From an uncultured bacterium (GTDB lineage Bacteria; Oederibacteriota; PGYV01; CAWJRG01): 64,000 nt of DNA. Below the pieces are notes generated by a model, which was given only the letters and a program-made list of their open reading frames with translations, was not told the origin of the DNA and made no database searches. Both the position numbers and the translations under genes were made by a program. Location of the stretch: NCBI GenBank assembly GCA_963845185.1, contig CAWJRG010000009.1:832001-896000 (forward strand), given 5' to 3'. Of this stretch, positions 17,411-27,814 are shown piece by piece (positions within the stretch are counted from its first letter, which is position 1; each line of letters opens with the position of its first letter).

Positions 17411-17824
17411 CTACTTTATATTAAATTTTTCTTTAGCTTCTTTTAATCCTACAAATAATATCGAGGCCTTTTCGTCAAATTCCGGGTTGCCGTGTGCCGT
17501 AATTGCCTCTATTTTCGGGTTTGATGCCTGCAGGGCCTTGATGACCTTGCCGTTTACAGGGCATTCCTCGGGGCATATGCCGCAGCCTTTGCAGAAATCA
17601 TAGTCAAACTCAGCGCGCTCCTTGCCCTTTGCGCCGTCCTTTAACTTTATTGCGTTATCCGGGCAGTATGCCCAGCATGTCAGGCACTGTACGCAATTTT
17701 TCTGCTGCCAGATGGGTACATTGCTTCTCCAGTCGCCGGTATGAAAATATTCGGATGTGCCGCTTTCTACAACGCCGGCTATGCCTATATCCTTCCACGT
17801 CTTGATGTCGGGTTTTTTTGCCAT
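17411..17824 (-). CDS. porD: Oxidoreductase delta subunit (2x 4Fe-4S)
   Basis: TGDWR, CVQCLTCWAYCPD, CKGCGICPEECP. Confidence 0.9.
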   Translation of the reverse strand: MAKKPDIKTWKDIGIAGVVESGTSEYFHTGDWRSNVPIWQQKNCVQCLTCWAYCPDNAIKLKDGAKGKERAEFDYDFCKGCGICPEECPVNGKVIKALQASNPKIEAITAHGNPEFDEKASILFVGLKEAKEKFNIK

Positions 17825-18405
17825 TATTGTTTTACCTCCTCATATGCCGCCCTTATGGCTTTCAGGTTGCCTTCTATTACCTCGGGCTTGTTCCTGAATT
17901 TTTTTTCAAGTTTATGTTTTGTGTCCTCAATCAAAGCTTCCAGAGGCATCAAATTCGTCGCGCCTACCAGAGCCCCCATCATCGGGGTATTCGGTATAGG
18001 CCTGCCTATGTTTGTCTCAGCTATTTTTGATGCGTCCAGGGTAAAAAGCTTTTTCCCTTTCCATGCGATCCTTGCTTTTATCTCGTCTTTTTTGTATGGG
18101 GAGTTGATTATAAGCACCCCGGTTTCCTCGGACAGCCCTTTTGCAACATTTACCGAATCCATGAGCGTCTCGTCGAGCACGAGCACGACATCAGGATTTA
18201 ATACCGGTGAGTGGACCGATATCGGCTTTTCCGAAATCCTGTCGTATGACGCCACAGGCGCACCCATCCTTTCAGGGCCGTACTCAGGGAATGCTTGTAC
18301 GTATTTTCCCGCGCTGATTACTGCCTCTCCGAGAAGCAAAGCCGCTGTTTTAGCGCCCTGCCCTCCTCTTCCGTGCCATCTTATTTCCATCATATCTTTT
18401 GACAT
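17824..18405 (-). CDS. porC: Oxidoreductase gamma subunit
   Basis: EIRWHGRGGQGAKT, FPEYGPERMGAPV. Confidence 0.93.
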   Translation of the reverse strand: MSKDMMEIRWHGRGGQGAKTAALLLGEAVISAGKYVQAFPEYGPERMGAPVASYDRISEKPISVHSPVLNPDVVLVLDETLMDSVNVAKGLSEETGVLIINSPYKKDEIKARIAWKGKKLFTLDASKIAETNIGRPIPNTPMMGALVGATNLMPLEALIEDTKHKLEKKFRNKPEVIEGNLKAIRAAYEEVKQ

Positions 18406-18539
18406 CTAAAGCACCTCCTGGTTGCAAATACAGTCAAAATTTTATTGCTTTGGAAACGGTAAGACCCGTTGACATTTTAAAATGCTTTTGTTAGCCAAAA
18501 ATCATAAGGTATATTTACAGGAACCTGAAAACATCCTGT

Positions 18540-18557
18540 TTGCGATTGAATTCACAA
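18540..18557. promoter_or_regulatory. Possible Rex operator upstream of porC
   Basis: TTGCGAT-TGAA-TTCACAA versus the Rex consensus TTGTGAA-N4-TTCACAA. Confidence 0.45.
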
Positions 18558-18623
18558 GCGAAAATTATAATAACGCTAATCTGACAAAAGTCAAGGATTT
18601 TTTGGGCTGATGCTTTCGCTTAA

Positions 18624-21470
18624 TCATATATGCAAAGCATCGTGCAGCACTTCGGTTACAAAAGCGCGTATTGTTGCTTCAACATCAGACACTTTTTTGA
18701 CCGTATCGTGCAGCATGTCCGCAAAGGTTCTCTTATTGATGCGCTTTATCCTCTTGCCGTCCTTAAATGTATCCACATACTCAAGGGTGCCGTCGTCCCT
18801 GTACACTTTCATTTCTCCGTTTAATTTTCCGGCCTTGTATGCGCCTTCCTCGGACACGATCCCTGCCTCTGTATATAGCTTATACGGACCCTCAAGGTCC
18901 CCGTTTTTATAATTACCTTTTCCCCATATGTCCCCGGACTCATAATATGTCCTGTACGGGCCATTGAGCTTGCCTTTTACTGCAGATACGCGTTCTTTTA
19001 TTTTCCCCGAATCATAATATGTTTTGACGTCGCCAATGAGCTTGCCGTTTTTGCATTCGCCCTGCTCCAGTACATTGCCGGATTCATAATATTTGGTATA
19101 AACGCCTTCTGTCAGGCCGTTTGCCATGATGTCTTCCTCTTTTAATTTTCCCGATTCGTAATAAATATTGTACTGCCCGTCGAGCTTGCCGTTTTTGTAA
19201 AATCCTTTTTCCATAATTTTACCGGACTCGTAATATCTTTTATACGCGCCTTCTTCCTTGCCGTCCTTCATTAACCACTCTTCTTTTAATTTCCCGGAAT
19301 CGTAATAACTCTTCCCGGGCCATGGATCTGGCCGTCTTTGCTGTCTCCCTTTTCAAGGATTTTACCGGACTCGGAATATTTTACATAAAGCCCGGTTACT
19401 TTACCGTTTATCATCGTTCCTTGTTCCTGCAGCTTTCCGGAATCATAATTTACTTTATACGGGCCGTTTTCCTTGTCGTCTTTCATAGTGAACTCTTCTT
19501 TTATCCTGCCTGAGTCATAATAGGTCTTTACAATGCCTTCAAGCTTATCAGCCTTGTAATTGCCGCTTTCCTTCATTTTGCCGGACTCCGTGTATTTTGC
19601 GTAGGGACCCTTCGGATTTGCCGTCTTTTACGATGCCTTCTTCTTTTAATTTTCCCGATTCATAATACAGCCTGTATTGCCCGTTTTCCTTGTCGTTCTT
19701 CATTGTAAATTCTTGTTTTATCCTGCCCGAGTCGTAATAAGTATCGAGTATACCGTCTAGTTTGCCGTCTTTGTAACTGCCTTTTTCCTTTATTTTGCCC
19801 GATTCAGAGAATTTTGCATAAGGCCCCTCTGATTTGCCGTCTTTCATCGCGCCTTCTTCTTTTACTTTCCCCGATTCATAGTATAACTTGTATTGGCCGT
19901 TTTCCTTGTCATTTTTCATCGGCCATTCTTCCTTTATTTTCCCGCTTTCATAATACATCTTCCCGGGCCCGTTGAGTTTGCCGTCTTTATAAAAAGCCTG
20001 CATTTTTAATTTGCCATTTTCATAATAACCCTTAAACTCATTTTGTTCCTTGCCGTTTTTATAAAAGCCTTCAGACGCAAGACCCCCGTTTTCATAATGT
20101 TTCTTGTAAGGCCCTTCCTCCTTTCCTGCCTTCATTATCCATTCTTCTTTTACTTTCCCTGATTTATAATAACTTTTGAGCGGGCCTTCCAGCGCTCCGT
20201 CCTTGTATGTCCCTTTTTCATATATCCCGCCTGTTTTGTAATACTTCTTATACAGCCCCTGTTCCTTGCCCTCTTTCATGGCGCATTCATCCTGCAGCTC
20301 TCCTGTTTGATAGTAACTCCTGACCGGACCGTCCACATGCCCGTTTTTGCTGAAACCTTTTTCCAGAATTTCCCCTGATTCATAATATTTGGTGTATTCC
20401 CCTTCTGCCCTGCCGTCTTTCATCATTCCTTTTTCCTTTAACTTGCCTGACTCATAATAAATTTTATACGGACCGTTATCCTTGTCGTCTTTTAATAGCC
20501 CTGTATCTTTTAAATTCCCGGACTCGTAATAATCTTTTACCACGCCTTCGGCCTTCCCATTTTTGTAAGTCATGGTCGCCTGTATTTTCCCATTCTCAAA
20601 ATAGCCTTTGTATGACCCCTGTTCCAGCCCGTTTTTCATCGGCCATTCCCCTTTTAACTTGCCCGACTCATAATAAGTCCTGTAAATGCCTTCTAGCTTG
20701 TCGTTTATGTAAGTGCCGGCTGCCTGTATTTTCCCGTTTTCATAATAACTGTTATAAACGCCCTCAACCTTGTCATGTATTAATACGCGTTTGTCCCTGA
20801 TTTTCCCGGATTCATAATAGCCGGTAAAAGGACCCTCGCCTTTGCCGTCTTTCATGAACCACTCGTCTTTTACTTTGCCTGATTCGTAAAAATTATTTCC
20901 CTTGCCTTCCCTCTTGCCGTTTTTATATACGTCTATATATTTCAGTTTCCCGTCCTCGTAATATCCCCTCACTTCGCCTTCAATTTTGTCGTTTTTATAA
21001 AACGTCTTGTTTTTTATCCTGCCGTTCTCATAATAAGATATGTCCTCGCCTTCTACTTTGCCGTTTTTACTGACCCATTCTTCCTTTAATTTTCCCGACT
21101 CGTAATAATCTTTTTGCGGTCCCTCTGTTTTTTTGTTTTTAAAGACTCGTACGCCTTCTGTCTTGCCGGAACCGGCATAATGCCATGTATACGAGCCGTC
21201 CGCCGGCTCGCTGTCAATGTAATTATAATTTGCTGTTATGGTCGTCCCGTCTTCCTCAATGGTAGTCATTTTGATGCTGCCGTTTATTTTTTGTCCCTTT
21301 TTATCGATATCCAAAGTGTCTTTGGAATAAGTCCATTCGGCAATTTTTTCTCCGCTTTTATAAAAATACCTTTTACCGTCTTTTTGCTTGTTCCTGACGC
21401 TTGTTATTTCCGCGTTCAAAAAAGAAAAAATTGCCGCAACCGCCAGCAAAATAAAAATAATTTTTTTCAT
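18624..21470 (-). CDS. Secreted MORN-variant repeat protein (YwqK-like), split by two frameshifts in this sequence
   Basis: Dozens of YYESGKLKE...KDGK.EG repeats continuing across ORFs 19548-21470, 19286-19576 and 18624-19271. One extra G near 19609 and one missing G near 19315. Confidence 0.8.
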
Positions 21471-21531
21471 TCTTCACCCATTTTTAATTTAAATACAAAA
21501 TTAAGTCATAACTCCCGGAAATTCAGCGAAT

Positions 21532-21981
21532 TCATTCCTCAAATTTTACCGGCTCCCGGTATTCCCTAAATGGCTGGTCTGAAATATAGACCTCCTCGGT
21601 CTTATATCCTGCTTTTGAATCCCCTTTTAAGGCAATTTTATGGTATAAAATCCCTTTTTCCTGAAGGCTTTGAAAAAAAACCATTATGATTCTATTTTCC
21701 AGTTCCTGGTAGCTTATAGCCCTGAATCCAATGGTTTTTCCGAATTTTTTTTCCCACATTGATATTGCGACTTCCATATCCGACACATCATGGTCCTTCT
21801 GAAAAATCGCATCGGTCATTGCGTAAGCGTCGGCATATCTTTTATCAACATAAAGGGTTTTTAAGAATAAATCCGCTTCTGTTCTTGCTTTTTCAGGGTC
21901 GTGCAAAGAAAACTTGTCGCAGGAACATAAAAAAAATAAACCTATACCTATTAATAAAGCAATTTTTTTAGCTTTTCCCAT
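21532..21981 (-). CDS. Hypothetical lipoprotein
   Basis: Signal peptide with LCSC lipobox. Confidence 0.65.
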   Translation of the reverse strand: MGKAKKIALLIGIGLFFLCSCDKFSLHDPEKARTEADLFLKTLYVDKRYADAYAMTDAIFQKDHDVSDMEVAISMWEKKFGKTIGFRAISYQELENRIIMVFFQSLQEKGILYHKIALKGDSKAGYKTEEVYISDQPFREYREPVKFEE

Positions 21982-22053
21982 GTTTTTTTATTCCCTCGAT
22001 TATTCAGTTTTACAAGGATTCTTGAGGCAAATTAACTGTCCTTTGAAATCAAT

Positions 22054-22377
22054 TTAGAACTTCTTTAACTTATCCTTGTCCGGTGACAAAGCGTTGTGTT
22101 TGGCAATATAAGCGGCTTTAGCCATCTTATAAAATTCTGCCATGTATTTTTCTGGCACTGTTATCTTTTTAGAATCCGCAGCGTCACCGGGTATTTTAGC
22201 CTCGCTTATTGTCAGATAAATCTCACCGTCTTCGCGCTTCCTTGTCTCAAAATAATACCTCTTATTCACGGCATCCATGGCGCCAAAGAAAAGAAGGTCC
22301 TTATTTGTCTCAACAATCTTATGCTCGCTCGGCTGCGAAACAGTCTTTTTATTTACTTTTTGATATTTTTTAACCAT
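22054..22377 (-). CDS. PUR-alpha-like / DUF3276-like nucleic-acid-binding protein
   Basis: KRYYFE.RK..DG..YLTISEAK...KKITV motif. Confidence 0.6.
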   Translation of the reverse strand: MVKKYQKVNKKTVSQPSEHKIVETNKDLLFFGAMDAVNKRYYFETRKREDGEIYLTISEAKIPGDAADSKKITVPEKYMAEFYKMAKAAYIAKHNALSPDKDKLKKF

Positions 22378-22864
22378 AGTTTCAAATAACCTCCGTATTT
22401 GTTATTCCTCACCTTATATCCATATATTACAGTCAACTCAAAAATTTTGCAAGCAAAAAAGCAGGAAAAGGTCAATGCAAAATCAATCTTAATCAAAATA
22501 ACTTATTTTTAAACAATAATATATTTTATAATAATTTATTTATTATCAGTTTTTAACCTTATTTTTAAGGCTTTTATTGTAATAATACCGATCTATTCCG
22601 GATGAAATTGTAAATGTTAAAAAAGAGTCAATATTGATTGATGTAATAAATGAAATTTAGCTACAATCTAATTATTTCCCTTATTTTATTAGTATTTCTA
22701 TTGAGATGATTAATAATGATAAAATTCAATATAATTCAAGCCTGAAGTTTTAGTTTCCGTTTCCTGCTTTTTAATATTGTTATATGGCCTTTAATTGTTT
22801 TTTAAGATAAAAACTTTAACCTTTTCGGTCGTGATTTGGTCTTATATTTCATAATTTTATTCTT

Positions 22865-23533
22865 TTAAAATGCAGCTATATAAATGCATCTGCAAAATCC
22901 CCTTGACTCATCGTAAAGCTTAAAATTACAATTTTTACAAGGTAATGGCATTTTTTGAAGTGCCTCGTCTATCGTATACACCCTCCCAATCTGCTTTTTG
23001 CATATTTCACATGGTTCAGGTTCGCCTGGCTTAGCCCCAATGGAAATTTTGACCTTTTTGACTATTCCCGAGTTCTTAAGATTGGTTAATTCCAGCTTTT
23101 TAGCATATGATAACACGCCATAAGTATCTTTTTTTTCCATGTTAAGGAGCATTGCCATCTGAAAATAGACGTTTATATTCTTCTTCTGCAGATCATTGAG
23201 TATGACACGAAGCACTTCAATATCGTTAGGCTCTTTTCCATCAAGACCTATCATTGATTTCTTCTGATTATAAAAATCCGATTCCTTTACACCGTTGGAA
23301 CGAAGGGTTCTTAATATGCTTTTTACAAAACTACCATCCTTCCAGCCTCCGGAAATCATATCAACCTTGTCCCCTGTGGTCAGTATCTTATCTTTTGAGT
23401 ATCTTGACTGCCTCACATAAATAATATTTCCGCAATAAGGGCATGGAGAATCTTTGGCGGGTACTTTTAAGAGTGCTTTGCCGCAATAAGGACATGCATT
23501 TTTATTTTCATCGATATATTCCTGTTCAGCCAT
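22865..23533 (-). CDS. Hypothetical protein with N-terminal Zn ribbon and Cys-rich C-terminus
   Basis: CPYC...CPYC; C-terminal CEIC...G.VY...PLPC...CRC. Confidence 0.7.
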   Translation of the reverse strand: MAEQEYIDENKNACPYCGKALLKVPAKDSPCPYCGNIIYVRQSRYSKDKILTTGDKVDMISGGWKDGSFVKSILRTLRSNGVKESDFYNQKKSMIGLDGKEPNDIEVLRVILNDLQKKNINVYFQMAMLLNMEKKDTYGVLSYAKKLELTNLKNSGIVKKVKISIGAKPGEPEPCEICKKQIGRVYTIDEALQKMPLPCKNCNFKLYDESRGFCRCIYIAAF

Positions 23534-23545
23534 TTTTTACCTCCC

Positions 23546-23640
23546 TTGATTTCGTTTACTTTGCCAAGCCGAGAGTCAAATAGTCCTGTGGACTATTTGA
23601 CGGGTAGTTTCCGTAAGTTATTATAATATAAAAACTACCT
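23546..23640 (-). repeat. Partial copy D of the leader element, containing the GTCAAATAGTC/GGTAGTTT hairpin module
   Basis: Aligns with 52691-52795 and abuts the GGGAGG Shine-Dalgarno of the gene starting at 23533. Confidence 0.7.
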
Positions 23641-23676
23641 AAAAGCGGCACTATTCAAAAATTTATTATTCAAACT

Positions 23677-25116
23677 TTATTCTAAAATACCCTGTTTCTT
23701 TATATATTCATCTATTGCTTTTGCCGCTTTTCTTGCTGCGCCCATTGCGGCAATTACGGTTGCCGAGCCAGTTGTTATATCGCCTCCTGCAAAAACACCT
23801 GAAAGTGAAGTTGCTCCTTTTTCAGCGTCCACCTCAATATAGCCCCGCTTGTTCAGTTTCAATCCCGGCACATCATTGGTTAATAACCTGTTTGCCTTGG
23901 TACCGAGGGCAGGTATTATAGTGTCTGCCTCTATAATAAACTCGGAACCTGGTATGGGAACTGGTTTTTTCCTTCCTGATGAATCAGGTTCGGCAAGTTC
24001 CATTTTTATGCATTTTACGCCTTTTACCCAGCCGTCCTCATTACCTATGATCTCTACAGGGCAGGAAAGAAGCCTGAATTTTACGCCCTCTTCCTTTGCC
24101 CTTTCGATTTCTTCTATCCTTGCAGGCATCTCAGTTTCCGAACGGCGGTATACTATAAATGATTCCTGCACCCCTCTCAGCCTTATGGCCCATCTGGCAG
24201 CATCCATGGCCACATTGCCACCGCCTATCACAACCACCTTTTCCCCTATCCTGACCGGTGTGTCATAATCGGGGAAAAGATAACCTTTCATTGCGTTTAT
24301 TCTTGTAAGGAATTCATTAGCTGTATAAACACCTTTTAATGCTTCGCCGGGGATACCCATAAAAGCCGGCGTACCTGCCCCTACGCCCACAAAAACCGCC
24401 TTAAATCCAATTTTAAACAGGTCATCTATCGTGTATGATTTGCCAATAAGGACATTAAGCTGAATTTCTACTCCAATTTGTTTAAGATAATCGACTTCCC
24501 TTTGCACTATTTTCTTGGGTAGGCGGAACTCAGGTATGCCGTAAACAAGCACGCCCCCTGCAACATGCATTGCCTCGAATACGACAGGCTCATAACCCAA
24601 CTTTGCAAGGTCCCCTGCTATTGTAAGCCCAGCAGGGCCGGCTCCTGCCACAGCTATCTTTATTGGACCGCCATCTTTGTCTTTTTTCTTTGCAGTACTA
24701 ACCAGTTTCATATGCTCTGCTTCACAGTCAGCCGCGAACCTTTCAAGCGCTCCTATATTAATCGGATTTTTTGTTTTCTGCATAACACATGATTTTTCGC
24801 ACTGGTCTTCCTGGGGGCATACCCTGCCGCATACTGCAGGCAGGCTATTATCGTTTTTTATGGTATTAATGGCACCTCTATAGTCTTTAATCGCAATCTG
24901 CCGTATAAATTCTTTTATATTTATATTTACAGGACAACCCTCTATACAGGTAGGTTTTTTACATTGAAGGCATCTTTGCGCTTCGGCAACAGCCTCTTCT
25001 TCATTATACCCAAAAGGTACCTCATCAAAATTTTTTACCCGGATGGCCGCATCCTGCTGCCTTACCTTTATCCTCTGGCTCTTGCCTTTTACTGCAGGTT
25101 TGTCAGACTTGGTCAT
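23677..25116 (-). CDS. NfnB/SudA-type NADPH flavoprotein (glutamate synthase beta-like)
   Basis: EAQRCLQC...C.EGCP, GRVCPQE.QCE, GAGPAG, YGIPEFRLPK, GGGNVAMD, FAGGD. Confidence 0.9.
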   Translation of the reverse strand: MTKSDKPAVKGKSQRIKVRQQDAAIRVKNFDEVPFGYNEEEAVAEAQRCLQCKKPTCIEGCPVNINIKEFIRQIAIKDYRGAINTIKNDNSLPAVCGRVCPQEDQCEKSCVMQKTKNPINIGALERFAADCEAEHMKLVSTAKKKDKDGGPIKIAVAGAGPAGLTIAGDLAKLGYEPVVFEAMHVAGGVLVYGIPEFRLPKKIVQREVDYLKQIGVEIQLNVLIGKSYTIDDLFKIGFKAVFVGVGAGTPAFMGIPGEALKGVYTANEFLTRINAMKGYLFPDYDTPVRIGEKVVVIGGGNVAMDAARWAIRLRGVQESFIVYRRSETEMPARIEEIERAKEEGVKFRLLSCPVEIIGNEDGWVKGVKCIKMELAEPDSSGRKKPVPIPGSEFIIEADTIIPALGTKANRLLTNDVPGLKLNKRGYIEVDAEKGATSLSGVFAGGDITTGSATVIAAMGAARKAAKAIDEYIKKQGILE

Positions 25117-25976
25117 TGCTGTGCCTTTCTCACGGCCTTATCTATCATGCAGCTGTGGTCAATGGAACGTTTTTCCTCTTCTTTGTATGCTGCGAGCCTG
25201 CTTATAAGCATGTCAAAATCAACCTTGTGCCCATCAAAGTCAGGCCCGTCAACGCATGAAAACTTTACTTCGCCGCCTACAGTCACCCTGCATCCGCCGC
25301 ACATGCCGCTGGCGTCAATCATAAGCGCGTTTAAGCTAACAACGGTCTTAATGCCGTAATTTCTCGTAAGTTCAGACACTGCCTTCATCATTGCCACCGG
25401 ACCAACTGCAACAACAATATCCATCTTTTCACCCGAATTAATAGTATTGCGAAGTACATCAGTGACAAACCCGCGCTCACCGTAAGACCCGTCATTTGTG
25501 GCAATAATAACCTTGTCCGACACCGTCTTCATTTCATTCTCGAGTATTATATTCTCTTTTGAGCGGTATCCCATTATTGATGTTATCTTATTGCCTGCTT
25601 CCCTTAAAGCCCTTGCTATTGGAAAAATTGCCGGTACCCCTACCCCGCCGCCTATTATTGTGGCATTGCCGTATTTTTCAATATGGAAATGCCTGCCCAA
25701 AGGTCCTGCAATGGCAAAAATCGAATCATTGACATTGAGTTTGCCGAGTTTTATTGTTGACGCTCCGATTTCCTGAAAAATCATGTAAACAATCCCTTTG
25801 TCCCTGTCCCAGTCATATATGGTAAGCGGTACCCTCTCGCCTTTTTCGTCGGTAATTACCACTATGAAATTGCCTGCTTTGGCGTTATATGTAACATGCG
25901 GAGCTGATATTCCCATTAATTTTATGCCAGGCGCCAGCTCTTTTTTTTCTAATATTTTGTACATGTTTTTCCTCAA
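25113..25976 (-). CDS. NfnA/SudB-type FAD/2Fe-2S subunit
   Basis: GERVPLTI, GPLG, GGGVG, MIDASGMCGGCRV...CVDGPDF. Confidence 0.9.
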   Translation of the reverse strand: MRKNMYKILEKKELAPGIKLMGISAPHVTYNAKAGNFIVVITDEKGERVPLTIYDWDRDKGIVYMIFQEIGASTIKLGKLNVNDSIFAIAGPLGRHFHIEKYGNATIIGGGVGVPAIFPIARALREAGNKITSIMGYRSKENIILENEMKTVSDKVIIATNDGSYGERGFVTDVLRNTINSGEKMDIVVAVGPVAMMKAVSELTRNYGIKTVVSLNALMIDASGMCGGCRVTVGGEVKFSCVDGPDFDGHKVDFDMLISRLAAYKEEEKRSIDHSCMIDKAVRKAQQ

Positions 25977-26039
25977 ACAATGGTTTTAATATTTTTGAAT
26001 GTTTTCTTGCTGCAAAGATTCTTCTTGTGAAAAACTAAA

Positions 26040-27356
26040 TCATGTTTTGTTGACCGGGTCACATTGGTTCCCGCCGGAGTCGGATTCATTTTTTATTTCA
26101 ATTCTTAATTTTATAATTCTTTTTTCATCTGCTTTCAAAACAGTAAAAAGTATTTTTCCGAACCTGTAATGCTCTCCTTCTTTTGGAACTCTGCCGCAAA
26201 TGGCTGAAACAAAACCACCTATTGTATTTATATCGTCTTCACGCGGTATATCCATTTTATAATTGCTGATTAATTTTTCAATATCCATATCACCGTCGAC
26301 AATGTAAATGCCTTTTTCAACAAATTCAACTTTTTTATCTAAAACATCATATTCATCCTGTATATCACCCACTATCTTTTCTATTATATCCTCGAGTGTA
26401 ACAAGGCCTGAAGTTCCGCCGAACTCATCAACTATAATTGCCATATGAATCTTGCCCTTTTTAAATTCCTTTAGTAATTCGCCGCTCTTTTTTGTTTCCG
26501 GCACAAAATATGGTATCCTGACAAGGTCCTGCAAAATGACAAGGCTCCTGTTTTTTATCATATACAGCATGTCTTTGGCGTAAAGTATGCCCACAATATG
26601 GTCAAGATCTTCTTTATAAACCGGCAGCCTTGAATAACCATCCTGCACGACTTTATCTATTATTCTGTTGTGTTCCCACGATATGTCAATGCCCACTATT
26701 TCGGTCCGTGGTATCATGATATCCTTTACGTGCATGTCCTTAAATTCCAGTATGCTTGTCATCATGGTTTTTGACTGTTCATCAATGTAGCCTGCATCCG
26801 CGCTCACATCAATGACCGTGCTTATATCTTTTGCCGAAATTATGGGTATGCTTTCTGCCGCCTGTCCACCGACGATTTTGATTATTACATTGCTTATTTT
26901 AATAAAAAATCCTGCGAGTGGTCTTATAAGTTTATAAAAAAACACAACCGGTTTTATCAAGAGAAGGCCCATTTTTTCAGTATTATGTATGGCAAAAACC
27001 TTAGGCGTAATTTCTCCGAAAACTATTAGTATGACAGTTATTATTGCCGCAACAACCGTTGCCGTAAACGTTGGATTTAGGTGAAAATAACCCGCTATTT
27101 TTAGAGATAAAAATGCTCCTATGGTAGAAGCCGATATTGCAACGACATTAATATAAATAAGCAGCGTGGCGAGCAGTTTATTCGGCTCCTGCAGCCAAAT
27201 GGAAAGGTATTTGGACAACGGATGATTGTTTTTTATATGCGATATTACCCTTAGCCTGCTCATCCCGGTAAGGGATGTTTCCGCGAGTGCGAGAAATGCC
27301 GCTATAAAAAAAAGTAAAACAACCGCTATTGCTTCTGCAATGGTTATAGCCTGCAT
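26040..27356 (-). CDS. HlyC/CorC (CNNM) family transporter, DUF21-CBS-CorC
   Basis: AETSL, FGEITPK, GYSRLPVY, VDEFGGTSGLVTLEDIIE. Confidence 0.9.
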   Translation of the reverse strand: MQAITIAEAIAVVLLFFIAAFLALAETSLTGMSRLRVISHIKNNHPLSKYLSIWLQEPNKLLATLLIYINVVAISASTIGAFLSLKIAGYFHLNPTFTATVVAAIITVILIVFGEITPKVFAIHNTEKMGLLLIKPVVFFYKLIRPLAGFFIKISNVIIKIVGGQAAESIPIISAKDISTVIDVSADAGYIDEQSKTMMTSILEFKDMHVKDIMIPRTEIVGIDISWEHNRIIDKVVQDGYSRLPVYKEDLDHIVGILYAKDMLYMIKNRSLVILQDLVRIPYFVPETKKSGELLKEFKKGKIHMAIIVDEFGGTSGLVTLEDIIEKIVGDIQDEYDVLDKKVEFVEKGIYIVDGDMDIEKLISNYKMDIPREDDINTIGGFVSAICGRVPKEGEHYRFGKILFTVLKADEKRIIKLRIEIKNESDSGGNQCDPVNKT

Positions 27357-27814
27357 TAAATTTTACCGCTCTTGATAAAAATATTTTTATACTTTATTTC
27401 TTTTACCTGCATTATTTTTTTATCCTTTTGTTTTTCGTGGTCGTATCCCATGATATGAAGCGTTCCATGTACTATGAGCCGTGCAATCTCTTCGTCAAGA
27501 CTCATGCCGTATTTTTCAGCGTCTTTTTTCGCGCGGTTAACTGAAATATAAATATCGCCGCCGGCAAAACCTTTTTTATTTTGTGTGAACGGAAAGGAAA
27601 TCACGTCGGTCGTGTAATTTTTCATCATGAAATCTAGGTTGATTCGTCTTAATTCCTCATCGCCGGTAAAAATAATGTTGGTTCCTGTATTATACCTGCC
27701 TTCGGCTTTAAAGATTCTTATAACGCCATTTATTATGTTAAGACCTGTCCTTATTTTTTTCTTAAAAAAAATTTCGGTTTTGCAGTCATCATTCTTGTTT
27801 TTCGTATTTTTCAT
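27356..27814 (-). CDS. ybeY: rRNA maturation RNase YbeY
   Basis: TDVISF, GDIYIS, HGTLHIMGYDH. Confidence 0.93.
   Translation of the reverse strand: MKNTKNKNDDCKTEIFFKKKIRTGLNIINGVIRIFKAEGRYNTGTNIIFTGDEELRRINLDFMMKNYTTDVISFPFTQNKKGFAGGDIYISVNRAKKDAEKYGMSLDEEIARLIVHGTLHIMGYDHEKQKDKKIMQVKEIKYKNIFIKSGKI

Noticed and set aside
18624..21470. CRISPR array or other nucleotide-level repeat array
   Set aside because: The repeats are degenerate protein-coding MORN units; the same applies to the RCC1, kelch and YD regions. No constant-repeat/spacer array was seen anywhere.
22390..22860. AT-rich non-coding stretch as oriC or ncRNA
   Set aside because: No cluster of DnaA boxes and no clear structure; possibly decayed sequence.
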